Of a stretch of 64,000 bases of DNA, positions 10,613 to 22,300 are shown in pieces (positions within the stretch are counted from its first letter, which is position 1; each line of letters starts with the position of its first letter). The notes beneath the pieces are model-generated. The model had not been told where the DNA came from, did no database searches, and saw only the letters and a list, made by a program, of their open reading frames with translations. Position numbers and translations under genes: made by a program. This DNA comes from Promethearchaeota archaeon (GTDB lineage Archaea; Asgardarchaeota; Heimdallarchaeia; Hodarchaeales; Hodarchaeaceae): NCBI GenBank assembly GCA_048938105.1, contig JBHLMN010000001.1, forward strand, positions 352,001 through 416,000. Direction: 5' to 3'.

Positions 10613-10737
10613 TTCAAGAATAGATTTGCCCAATCTGTGGTAATGTTATCGTTTTTATTGAAAGCTAAATGAGAAGAATATTTAAATGGTTTCGATTGTT
10701 GAAGAAACACCAGCAGTTGCTTGTTTTTTGAGATATT

Positions 10738-11511
10738 CTATGAATGTGGAAGTGGTAATGAATTCCCATTATTTCTCAAAAGTATTATTAATTCTTCTAG
10801 CGTGTTTATAATAAATGATTCCACCATCCCCATAATTTTTTTGAAACATTGAACCATTTCTTTGTCTTGAAACCCTGGATTAAAAAATGTGTCGCGTAAA
10901 ATCAATTGGGTTTGAGCAGAAAAAGAATAAGTTAATTGTGAGAAAGAAGGAGGAGTAAGATTTCCATAATTTGCGATATCCTCATGTGTTCCATGATTTC
11001 TAATCTTAATTAAGACATAATACCATCCATTAATATTCCAAGGTTCTATACCTATTTTTGTCTCCCATAGATTTCTTAGATTACATGATGTAGGTCTAGA
11101 TAGAAGTTTTGTAACAACATCACGAGGGTAATAGATGTCATGAGACATTGTATACTCGAACATCTCAACAATTAACTTTGAAATAATATCTATAGCGCTT
11201 TTAAGATTGTATGTTAGATTATCAATAGAAAAAACAATGATGAAAGGAATTTGATGTCTTTCTTTAATCTGAATTTTCCCCAACGTGATGGGAAATTGTT
11301 GTTTCACGTCAGGGTATTTTTTTGAAACATCATTCCAACGATAAATCAATGAAAGATCGACTTGATTAAGTAAACTGAAAAAAATTTCTGCAGCAGCCAC
11401 TTTTTGGTTTATTGAAAATAGATTATTCGTTATTTTTTCTTTTACAGGATGATCTAATGTTGATATTCCAGTAATAATATTGATTAGATCCTCTACTTTT
11501 TGTTGTAACAT
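10738..11511 (-). CDS. HEPN-domain protein (Cthe_2314-like), predicted RNase
   Basis: Rx4H motif (IRNHGTH), LKSAIDI helix, all-helical; coupled to the upstream gene by a TAATG overlap. Confidence 0.7.
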   Translation of the reverse strand: MLQQKVEDLINIITGISTLDHPVKEKITNNLFSINQKVAAAEIFFSLLNQVDLSLIYRWNDVSKKYPDVKQQFPITLGKIQIKERHQIPFIIVFSIDNLTYNLKSAIDIISKLIVEMFEYTMSHDIYYPRDVVTKLLSRPTSCNLRNLWETKIGIEPWNINGWYYVLIKIRNHGTHEDIANYGNLTPPSFSQLTYSFSAQTQLILRDTFFNPGFQDKEMVQCFKKIMGMVESFIINTLEELIILLRNNGNSLPLPHS

Positions 11512-14500
11512 TAACTTTCCTCCTCCAGAGATTCTTTTTCACGCTTTAAATCATATTTAACTTCTTGGATGAGTATTTGTCTTAGTTGAATTCCCCATTC
11601 ATCATCTCCAGGTTTATAATCTTCAAGAACTTTCTTTTTTCGCATTATTTCATGCATTCCACTAGTTCCTGTCACAAAACTCGCAATTATACTTTTCTTA
11701 ACTTCGGATTCTCCTTTTGAAGCCATGAAAACATGTTTAAATACTTCTAGAAGATTTTGATCAAACTTATACCAGTTCATAATCGTAGGTATCATCCATA
11801 AATTTTTTACCTGTAAAGAATTAATGAAATCTATCAAAAGCGATTTACCGAGATCAGTAAGAGGTTGTTCTACTCCAACTGAACCTGTAACAAGTTTTTG
11901 GAGTAACTGTGATATTATAATCTGTATTGAATAATCGGAAAGATTGTTTTTCAAATAATTCAATACTCTCCTAATATTTTCCTTTTGTATATCATTTGGT
12001 AATGAATTTACTTTGTCAAAATAAAGATGAAATCTCGGAATTGCGGAATAACCAGATCTTTGAAATTCTTCAGGATTTTCTTTCAAAAATTCAATTCTAT
12101 TTATGAAAAATTCTGTAGTGAAACATAAATGAACTGGAACTAGTTTTGAAAAAATGAAATCTATTTCGTAAGAAGCAAATCGTTCAAGATCAGGTATACT
12201 GATTAATTGATGAATTAGAATCTTTAAAAATGAGATATGTTCCTCTTCCCATGTTTCAAGTCTAGTATACAAATCAAAGATAGCTAAAATTACTTCTTCT
12301 TGTGATATATCCATATTTGTGAGAATTTCAAAGCAATAATTGGGATCAGATTTCCACCAAAGACTGAGAACTCCAATTATTTTTGATTGATAAATTTCAG
12401 GTTTTTCTTTTCTAATTTTACTAATGTTGCTTTTTAGAAGTTCTATATTTGTATCATGGATTTTTCTGGCACGAAAGGAATCTAATACTACTTCAATACC
12501 GTAAGGTGAGTTTAAAGAATATAAATATTCAATAAAATTATTAAATTGTTCCATGCGTGATATTCTTAATCCTGCAAGTATGTAACCAAATAAAGTGGGA
12601 TCAGGAAACTTTGATTTCTCTATTATTAATTTTATGGCTCCAATTGAATAATCGGGCAACATTTCACCCATATTCAATAAAAACTGCCCAAGAATAAAGT
12701 TCAGAGATTTATATGATTCGGATTTCGTGAATTTTACAAGAAACTCAACAAATTCTTCTTCTGAAAAGGAATTTATAATTTTTAATTGTACAGACCACTC
12801 AGATTTGCTTAATGTATGAAAAGAAAATCTTAAATCTTTCAAGATCTTAAGGAAGTTTAAATTTATATTTGAACTTATAATTTGGTTTAATTCATTTAAA
12901 GGATCGTCCCATTTCGTTGAATTCTTGCTTATTGTTTTTACGATAGAATTTATTCCCTTCACTATTGATAAAGAAGATGTGTTATCTTTAATTGTGTCGA
13001 TAAACGAGAAAATCATCTTAATTTCGGTATCAGTTGGGAAATCAGATGTTCCTAACTCATTAGAGAGATTATAATTCCAATGAAGTGTGGAACTCAATTC
13101 TGTGAGTCCTTTTTCAATATAACTCTCCTTATCAGTATTCCTTATAATATTAAGAAGTGTATCCAAGGATTTTTCCCGTAATTTTTCAATCGTAGGAGAT
13201 TTAGTTATTTTTCCAGTTTTTATTATAGCTTTATTCAAATCTTCTGGAGATATATATATTTCCCTAAATTCGATATTTAGAACCACACATAATAATTCAA
13301 AAATAATTTCCGCTTCTTTTGAGGAACTTAACTGGTTGAATGTTTTTTCAACCCATTCTAACGCTTTAAATTGATATTTCAACGGTTTCCTGGTATTATA
13401 CTCAAATTGTGATTTAAGAAGACTGATTGCCTTATCAGACACATATTTTGCTGAATCAAGACATAGGGGATAAAGTAAACTTAGAAATCTTTCGAAATAA
13501 AGGAAATGATACATAATATCATTAAGAACGTCAATTATACTTTTTTTATAGATGTCAGAACTTATTCCTGATGATTTGAAGCTTTCTTCATCTAATGATT
13601 CAGATTTACTGATTAAATTCTGCACCATCTCCAATGTAAAATCTGGTTTATAAAAAGCAATAACTTTGAGATAATCTAGGATATCAATTCTTTCTAGAAT
13701 GTTACCATCTTTACAAACTTTTTCGATAAAATCGAGAAAAGGATGTAGCATCGAAGTTTGAAAGTCAGTTTGAAGTTTGTAGTCAATTTTAATTATATTT
13801 CTTAGAACATTAAGCGGTCTAGCTTTTAAAAGTTCTAATATTATCCCTTGCCATGTTTTTGAAATTTTCCCAGTTTCATATTGAATATTGCTCCAAATGA
13901 CTATATCTGAGAGAATGGGAAGGTTGAATCGAATTTTACCTAAACTAATTCTAACTATTCTTTCTTCAGAAAATTGCTGTAATAAGTTCTCAAACCTGAT
14001 GACATTTAGATCTGCTAATTCAGCAATTTTTTCAAAAAGTTGATTATCATATACAGGAAGTGGCTCAACAAGCGCAATTATGGTTAAAATATTTTTTTGA
14101 GTTGCATCAAAATCCTTGGTGTATCTTTTAGCCAACTTTTCATAAAGATTCGCTGAAGGAAATGCAAGGTCATGTTTTTTTAAATCAATAAGGTATAGAA
14201 GGATACCAGGATTTCCTCGAGCTTGATTCCAGTACATTTGAAGTAGATAATCATCGGTAATATTAAAATTTTCACGGAGATGATGTGTGAAGTCTTTTCT
14301 AGACAATCTTTTTAACTCATGATCTTTAATTTCCAAATTCAATTCAATAATTTCGTAAATTACCTTCTGTTTTGATGCTGTATCGCAAAAAAGGAGAATT
14401 TTGATCTTTTGGTCTTCTTGAAAATTTCCTAATATGCGAACAAAGGTACGTAAGTTGTTGAAATGTTCTGTATCGTCTAAAATGATAAGAACATTTTTAT

Positions 14501-15254
14501 CAAAATTAATTTCACTAAAATGCTGATCTAACGATTCTGTGTCGGAAAGTAAATGATAAACATTCCAATTTTTTTTTTCGCTTATTTTTTTCGAAATTTC
14601 TATTCCTAATCGGCTTTTTCCTATTCCTTTATTTCCAAATACAACTAAGAGTAAACCACTGTCTTCAAGAAACTCTATAATAGATTTAACATCATTTTTT
14701 CTTCCATAAATTGGTTTACCATAAATAATATCATTCAATGATGAAAGGTATTCACTAGAAGGAATGAAAGCTGGTTGATATTGGAAAAAATATCGTGATC
14801 TGAGAAGTGGATATTTCATCAAAAGATTCTCAATGTCTTTTAACTCCCAGATTCTAAACTTAATATCTGACTGGTTTGAAAATAATTCATCTAATTGTTC
14901 TCTATCAGATTTCGTCAGGTTAACGTTTATTAAATAGATTATAAAATTCAATTCTTTAGAAATTAAATTCTTAGAATGTTGTTTTATAGCATTCTTAATT
15001 CTTTTTCTTCTTTGTTCTAATCCAAATTCAAAAGAAATAGTTTTGACCTCAAATCTCCACATTCCTTTTTCCTTCAAATACTCCCCTTGATAATAAGCAT
15101 CAAAACCACCATCTTTCAATTTACCATATGAAATCACATCAGGAGAGATCTCATGTTTAAGCAAATGAATACATAATTCTTCGAACTTATCCCAGTTAAT
15201 TCTCTCCCATTTGAAGATCGGTTTAGGATCCCACACATATTGAGCTTCTTTCAT
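11511..15254 (-). CDS. Avs-like antiviral STAND NTPase with N-terminal Mrr-like nuclease and long helical C-terminal region
   Basis: FEELC..LL / DGGFDA / FEVK nuclease motifs; Walker A GNKGIGKS; Walker B LIILDD; STAND GxP (RGNPG); about 800 aa of alpha-helical C-terminus. Confidence 0.8.
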   Translation of the reverse strand: MKEAQYVWDPKPIFKWERINWDKFEELCIHLLKHEISPDVISYGKLKDGGFDAYYQGEYLKEKGMWRFEVKTISFEFGLEQRRKRIKNAIKQHSKNLISKELNFIIYLINVNLTKSDREQLDELFSNQSDIKFRIWELKDIENLLMKYPLLRSRYFFQYQPAFIPSSEYLSSLNDIIYGKPIYGRKNDVKSIIEFLEDSGLLLVVFGNKGIGKSRLGIEISKKISEKKNWNVYHLLSDTESLDQHFSEINFDKNVLIILDDTEHFNNLRTFVRILGNFQEDQKIKILLFCDTASKQKVIYEIIELNLEIKDHELKRLSRKDFTHHLRENFNITDDYLLQMYWNQARGNPGILLYLIDLKKHDLAFPSANLYEKLAKRYTKDFDATQKNILTIIALVEPLPVYDNQLFEKIAELADLNVIRFENLLQQFSEERIVRISLGKIRFNLPILSDIVIWSNIQYETGKISKTWQGIILELLKARPLNVLRNIIKIDYKLQTDFQTSMLHPFLDFIEKVCKDGNILERIDILDYLKVIAFYKPDFTLEMVQNLISKSESLDEESFKSSGISSDIYKKSIIDVLNDIMYHFLYFERFLSLLYPLCLDSAKYVSDKAISLLKSQFEYNTRKPLKYQFKALEWVEKTFNQLSSSKEAEIIFELLCVVLNIEFREIYISPEDLNKAIIKTGKITKSPTIEKLREKSLDTLLNIIRNTDKESYIEKGLTELSSTLHWNYNLSNELGTSDFPTDTEIKMIFSFIDTIKDNTSSLSIVKGINSIVKTISKNSTKWDDPLNELNQIISSNINLNFLKILKDLRFSFHTLSKSEWSVQLKIINSFSEEEFVEFLVKFTKSESYKSLNFILGQFLLNMGEMLPDYSIGAIKLIIEKSKFPDPTLFGYILAGLRISRMEQFNNFIEYLYSLNSPYGIEVVLDSFRARKIHDTNIELLKSNISKIRKEKPEIYQSKIIGVLSLWWKSDPNYCFEILTNMDISQEEVILAIFDLYTRLETWEEEHISFLKILIHQLISIPDLERFASYEIDFIFSKLVPVHLCFTTEFFINRIEFLKENPEEFQRSGYSAIPRFHLYFDKVNSLPNDIQKENIRRVLNYLKNNLSDYSIQIIISQLLQKLVTGSVGVEQPLTDLGKSLLIDFINSLQVKNLWMIPTIMNWYKFDQNLLEVFKHVFMASKGESEVKKSIIASFVTGTSGMHEIMRKKKVLEDYKPGDDEWGIQLRQILIQEVKYDLKREKESLEEES

Positions 15255-15534
15255 TAACTTTCTTTAGCTCCTATGAGTTGTTAAATGTTATTTCTCTTTT
15301 TAGAGGGCCTAAAAACTTATCTCAGACTTTCCTCTTATACTTTATACGTTTTCCCATCCAATAAGCCTCATTTTAACTATTATTCTTCATCTAACCTAAG
15401 ATTTTTCTTCATTTTAACATATAAAAATGAGACATTGAATTCTCAATCTCATGTATGTTTGTAGTTATTTAAGTATATACTTGAAATTCAAAGTATAAAT
15501 ACTACTAATCGCGTTAAAGAGGTAGAGGTACAAT

Positions 15535-15864
15535 TCAGGGTAGTGAAATTCCTTTTTTTATCCTAATGTCACTATAATCTCTCTTTTTCATTCGATATAG
15601 GTAATAGAAGATAAATAATGTTCCTAGTCCAAAAAAAAGCAAAGCCAAGTCAGTAGTAACAATTAAATAATCAGTAACTTCATTTACAATTCCTGTCACA
15701 CTGATGAAAGCAAAAAAACCAGATATAGCATACATAATAGATACAAAATGCCTTAACCGAACAAGATAAAGATGTTCGTGCTTTAATGTCATAATTGCCG
15801 CAGTAATTGTTATAGCATTTAACAAACCTATATTGATGTTAAGAAGAATACCTAAATCAGTCAA
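15535..15864 (-). CDS. small membrane protein (about 3 TM)
   Basis: Hydrophobic segments in a 109-aa ORF. Confidence 0.5.
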   Translation of the reverse strand: MTDLGILLNINIGLLNAITITAAIMTLKHEHLYLVRLRHFVSIMYAISGFFAFISVTGIVNEVTDYLIVTTDLALLFFGLGTLFIFYYLYRMKKRDYSDIRIKKGISLP

Positions 15865-15876
15865 AAAAATTCTCTT

Positions 15877-16107
15877 CTATGCTTTAGTCATTGCCTTTAA
15901 AATCACTAAAATCCCGATGAATAAAAAAACTACTAATAGTACTTCCAAAGGGATACCCAGAGTCTCCACAACTCCAGAAAGATCAGTTGTAACTCCCTGA
16001 AAGAAGGCATTGAAATCAAATCCTTCAGTTTGTACAAACAAAACTGAAGCAACAATAAGAATTATTATCCCTAAGCCGAATAAATAGAAATGATGACTCC
16101 ATTTCAA
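15877..16107 (-). CDS. small membrane protein (2 TM)
   Basis: Two hydrophobic helices; 12 bp from the next ORF. Confidence 0.55.
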   Translation of the reverse strand: MKWSHHFYLFGLGIIILIVASVLFVQTEGFDFNAFFQGVTTDLSGVVETLGIPLEVLLVVFLFIGILVILKAMTKA

Positions 16108-16300
16108 GTTTTAATTTCTCCCATGTTTATTTTATCTCACATTAAGTTTTGAATTGGATATATTCTACAGTAGTAATCTCTCATCTTACGTTATCTCGAA
16201 ATTGTCTTCAGAAATCAAGAATCAGTTCCAAATATTTTTCATGTTCCCAAATTATTTTTACGATTTTTCCCAATTTTTTTCCATCTTGATATTTACATAA

Positions 16301-19300
16301 TTAGCCGCACTTAGAATAACCACAAACTCGACAAAGAATGCATCCTTCACTATGCTCTACAATATTCCCACATTCTGGACATTCTGGTCGTAAACCTGAA
16401 GTGGTATGAGATAGATAAATTGTATTTCCCCCAGAACTAAAATCATTTTCTTCGGTTTCCCTAACTTGAACACTCTCATTCTTATGATTATTAACGCTAT
16501 AGCGGTTTATGAAACGTTCTACAGCCTTAGCTACTGCATCAGCGCAAGACAATATTGGTCCTTCTGAACCAAATGTAGGAGAAGGGCAACGAATGGATTT
16601 AAGTTGCATGATGATTTCATCTGGTTCAATCCTACTTCGAAGCGCGAGTGAAATTAAACGACCCATTGATTCAATATGTGATGCAACACAACCCCCAGAT
16701 TTACCCAGTGACAAAAACAGTTCAGCTAATCCCTCCTCATCCTCATTGATAGTTATAAATAAGTTTGTTCCACAACCCACACGAACTCGTTCAGTGACTC
16801 CACGGGTAACATCTGGTCTATACCTAGGTTTCTTTGATGAAATAACCTTATCTGATTTGGTTTTTACTTCGTTGGTACCTTTCTTAGACAAAACATCATA
16901 AGAGCGAGAACCAGAACGGTATACTGTTAGCCCTTTACATCCCAATTTGTAAGCCAACATATAGGCATTATTAATATCAGCCACAGTTGCTTCCTTGGGA
17001 AAATTGATGGTATTATGGGACACGATACCGTTTACGAGGTACGTATGAGAATTCTTAACCTCAACATCAAATAGTGGAATATCTCCAATGTCTTCGATGG
17101 ATGTTACTTTCTCAACAGCAGCAATAATTCTAAGATTAAGAGATTTCGCTACAGTATTCCAACAGTACTCTCGTTTTGATTGTTTTAACCATCTTAAATT
17201 GCTATAATACTCGTCTGAAGTTGGAAGAGTTTTTTCTTGGACTTCATTGGGATCAATCAAGACAAAATATTTTTTATAATGTGGTGGCGACCTTTTATGT
17301 TCTTCAATTGGTGTTATTATACCTTGCAGTTCATTACTAATTTCAACATAATAATAAATACCATATCCTTTGACTTTTTTCTGGCCTTGGTATATATATG
17401 GGAGACCAAAACTTCTAAGTAATTCTGAAATCTGATAAGCTAATCGTTTAGACATACCCCCATATACAACTAATCCTCTATTTTTTTTAAGATAACCATC
17501 GAGTGTAACACCTTCTAAGAACGCTTTCTTTTCTTCGGCGCTACCCTCGAGTATTTGTTTCGGAACATGTTTATTTCTTGCTTTGACTCCAATTAAACTT
17601 CTGACAAATCGAACTAAAGCTCTTGATGTAATAACGTGAGAAATCACATTATTTCGTTTATCTTTTATAAGTCGGGGTTTTTCCTCAAAAATCTCCATTG
17701 AGAGAATATCAAAAAGATCCCCTACATTACTATTATTCTCAACAAGAGCTACTGCTCCAGTACTCTCTACCATAGATCCATCTGCAGCTAGCATTCCTAG
17801 CCAACGTGCGAGGAGTGCATCCATCTTCTTTGGTAATTGTACTATATTAGAACTAGTTTTAAATTCATGATTAAAATCAATCGTTTTTCCCCCTTCGGTG
17901 TGAATAGGTGGAGAATTGTGTCTGACAACTACTAGATCCCCCTTTTTTAGATTTGAAAGTGTTTTCCATCCACTAGAAGTCATAATGTTATGAGTAGTTT
18001 TTGCACCAATAATTTTAGATCCATTTCTAAGCATAATTTCAACAGAAGAATGTTTTCCTGCACTATAATGAGAAATAACCTTTTTTAATTGTCCTTCTTT
18101 ACCATCAATAACATACAAATCAGGTAATGGGCTATCGAATTCATCAACACCATTGGCAAATCCGCATTCTGCTACTGGAACTAAACCTTTGTTAGTTGGC
18201 AAAAGAGTATCTCCAGCTATACACTTACTCACAGCATTGTCCACTCCTGATGTTTGGAACGCTGCTTGCATTCGAACATGCCACTCTGGGGAGATATCGT
18301 GTGCTGTAACAAAGGTTTGACGTATTTCCTCAGGTATTTCTGCCATTTCTGCAATTGAACCTGTTGCTGCGATTTTTTCCATCAGGTCTTGCGAATAAAA
18401 ACCCTGGCTTTTTGCTATCTCAACGAAAAAAGGATACCCTTCCACTAAAATATCGTCATCTAAAACTCGCCGTTCATAAGTTAGCATAAATAATGGTTCG
18501 ATTCCACTTGAACAGCCTGCTATGATCGATATGGTACCAGTTGGAGCTATTGTAGTTAATGTGGCATTTCGCATCATTGGATACTTTTCAGCAAAAATAC
18601 TCTTGTTAAAATTAGGAAATGACCCCCGTTCTTGGGCAAGCTTCTGCGACTCACGAATAGCAATTGTACGAATGTAGCTCATTACACGTTTAGCCAATTC
18701 TATACCTTTTTCTGAATTATAGGGGATTCCAACTTTAATTAATAAATCCGCGAATCCCATAATTCCAAGACCTATTTTTCGGTTTCTTTTCGTCATTTCC
18801 TCAATTTCAGGCAAAGGAAAACTTGAAACATCAATTACATTGTCTAGAAATCGCACTGCTAAGGTTATAATCCGTTCAAGATGATCATAATCTATATGAT
18901 ATTTTAGTGGATCAATAGGATCCTTTTTAACCATCTTACTAAGATTTATAGAGCCTAGATTGCATGATTCGTACGCTAACAGAGGCTGTTCTCCGCAGTT
19001 CTGTGTTTTGACGAATTTGATCTTCGTCCTCTCTCCAACTTGTTCTCCAAACCCTCCAATGAAAAAACAATGAAATTCATCCACTGTACCGTTATAAACA
19101 TCCTCCTTTCCTAGATATTTAACGTTTACAACTTTATCATTATACATGGTTGAATGTTCTTTAAGCTCTCTATAATTTTTAAATCCAAATTTTGTTCCTA
19201 ATCTGAACGGGATAGAAGATTGTTTGCATGAGTTTTCCCATTCCTTTTTAAAAGGTTCTCTGTTTAACTTTTCTTTCAATTCAAGATAACATAGTATTTG

Positions 19301-22300
19301 TTTCATCCTTTTTTCTTCAGCAAGATTTTTGTATGTTTTTCTTACACCAAGAGTTCTTTTGATGATCATTTCTTTTTCCGAATTGAAATATTTCATGAAA
19401 CAATTTCTGTTACAATAGCTGATTTCTCTTTCGTTAAAACTGATATGAAATAGCTTCCCACAATGCTCACAAGTCTTTTCAACCATAACACTATTGCCAT
19501 TTAAAAAGCATTTGAGATCTGTCTTTTGTTGACATTTTTCTAGCTTTCTTAAGGCCCTCTGATGAAATCCTATCCGAGATTTTTTGATATATGTAGGATC
19601 CTTCCATTTTTCACGAGAGATCTTTGAGAGTAGGAGTCTTTGTTCTGGATTATTTTCATATGATTGTTTCCGTGATAAGCTTATTTTTCTCTTTGTTTCT
19701 TCTGAAACTTCAACACCATATCTTGGGTTATTTTTTCCAGCTGTGTGATAAAAAGGATTTTCTTCTAGGTACTTTTTCCACTTCCTAGGATCAGCTTTTA
19801 TTTGGAATATGGGATTCTTTCTCCCTTTCATGGATATACCGTGTAAAGCATCATGTTCATTAACATGCATTATCTGAAGGTTTTCTGGTGAATTATTTTC
19901 AGAATCAAAATCTATATGATGAACTATATGATCTTTAGGTATTGGATTATCATTATTATGAAAAAATTTTGCAATTAGTGTATGTTCTGATTTTTCAGAC
20001 CGACCTCGGTTATACATTCTCATGTATTTCTTGTGAGGATTAACGGAATATTTCCCTCTTTGATATTGTAGTACTTTTGTTAAGATATGTAAACTATCTC
20101 CAGATTGTAATTCATCTGTTCGTTTTATGGTTCCGTTCCTAAGATAAAATCTATGATTGGCTGTTGTTTTTAAAATCTCCCCAGAATCCAGAAGTACTTG
20201 GTATACAGGAACCTTTTTTCCTGTTAATCTTGGCCTTCTCATGATTCTAACTGTTATTTTTCCTTGATCATCTTCAGTAAATACAGGAACATCATTTCCT
20301 TCCTTAGCTAATTGTTTCATTGGAACAGCTGATCTACCATCAGCTGTTGCTATCAATGTATCCCCAGTTATACAAGGGTTTGTTGCTTCGATTTTAGCCA
20401 GATCGGGAGTTGGATTTGCAGCATTAATTCGATCTAGAAAAATTATTCCTGGTTCCCCGTTTTTATGGGCCATTTTTACAATTTCATCGAAAACAACTCT
20501 CGCCTTTAACCGAGTTACCTCTTCTGAATTACGAGGATTTACCAACGCATAATCTTTGTCATTGAGTACAGCTTCCATAAATTCCTCAGTAAGCCCAACA
20601 GAGATATTGAAATTATTTAAAGTGCTTAAGTCCTCCTTACAACGAATGAAGTCCATGATATCGGGATGATCAACTCTTAAAATCCCCATATTTGCCCCCC
20701 GACGCCTGTTATGAACGAGAATGCCATTTGCTACAAATTGATTTGAACCTGGAACTTCAATATCCATTGTATGCGATTTGGTCCATTTAAGACTCTTAAC
20801 TTGAGTAAAATAATATTTTGGATCAGAAATTTTAGTAAAATGCTCATTATTCCTGATAATATCGAATTTTTCTTGAAGAAAGCTCAGTCTTTTTCTTGTT
20901 AAATTTCTTCTATGGGATGGATCACCTATATAATGCTGAATGGCTCTATAGAACCTCCTATCAGCTCCTCTCTTTCCTCTTCCTTTACCTGATCCCCTCC
21001 CAACGTATGTGTAAAGTTGTTTTAGTTTTTCTCCTTGATTTGGAATTATATCATTATACTCAAATGCTTTTTCATGATACCTAGATCGAAATGTTTCTGT
21101 CTTCCTTTTTGATATGAACCCTATCTCCTCTTTAAATACTCTCAGACTTCTATCTGAGACTAATCTTAAGGTATAAATTGGTTTTTTCCCGTAGCTATTA
21201 TCTCTTTTCTGCCGTACACTATAGCTAGATACAATATTTAATCCAAGTAACAACTGTTGTGTCTGTTCTATCAATTTTTGAGATGTTGAGTAGAGTCTGG
21301 GATACCCGTTTGTATGTGTATTCCCATCTCCCTCGAATAACCCCCTTATGAACGATTTTGCTACTTCTGGACATGATTGAAATATTTCTCTTGGAATAAA
21401 AGCGTCAGTTGATGATTTCTTCTTCCACTTCATATTTTCAAAAAATCTGCTTAGATCGTAAGAATAGAAAATTATATCAGTCCAAGAAACGTTATCCTCC
21501 TTTCTTCCAATTTTCAAGCCGAAAGAAAAGAGCATTAAATCTTCAATTCGCTGTATTAAATCAAGATCTTTGTTATCAACGCTAAAAATCATTCTTCCCC
21601 CAGTACTCAAACAACCATCGGCCATATATAATCCTAAAGTTTCACCCAGCTCAGATGTCATCGTTTCTGGAATTTTAATAGGAGTAGCATTGAAATGTTG
21701 TTCATTAATTTTGGGTAGAGAGACCTCTTTGCCATTATGACCTCCTAATACAACAATTACCCAGTCTCCGGCCTGAATTTCATTAATGGTCTTCCACACT
21801 CTTTCCCCTTTTTGATCAATACAAGCGATCTGATGATTGCAGGTTGCCTCAAGATTTAACCCAATATCAGTTTTAAGTCGTAGAACTTCAGCTATACCAT
21901 TATCCATTGAAATTAAGGCATTGGAATACGAATCTCCATCATAAACGAGGTCTTTTGTAAAGTTCTCTCCCATTGGGGGACAATCAAGTAATTCACCAAT
22001 TTCGATTACTCCTTCAGGAGTTCGTATATGACTTTTTGTTGACACACATCCGCCTTGCTTAATGATCTCTGTGGCAGAATTAAAGACCGTCATGAAAGAA
22101 ACTGGCCCACTTGCCACACCACCTGTGGTTTGGACCTTATCATTAACAGGTCGTAAATGGGAAAAGGTAAAGCCAGTGTTATGAATGACAAATAATGGGC
22201 CTTTTCCTGCTAAATAATTATTTGTATTTTCCACTGTGAAGTCATAAAACTCTTCTACGTCACCAGATTCCACTGAAGTGACTCTTACTAAAGATGGAAT

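Noticed and set aside
15468-15560. Possible frameshift extension of the 109-aa membrane protein at an A7 run
   Set aside because: The alternative frame adds only about 30 codons with no supporting motif; cannot be supported without homologs
16153-16180. ATTGGATATA as a possible Xer/dif arm
   Set aside because: No matching second arm at 6-bp spacing
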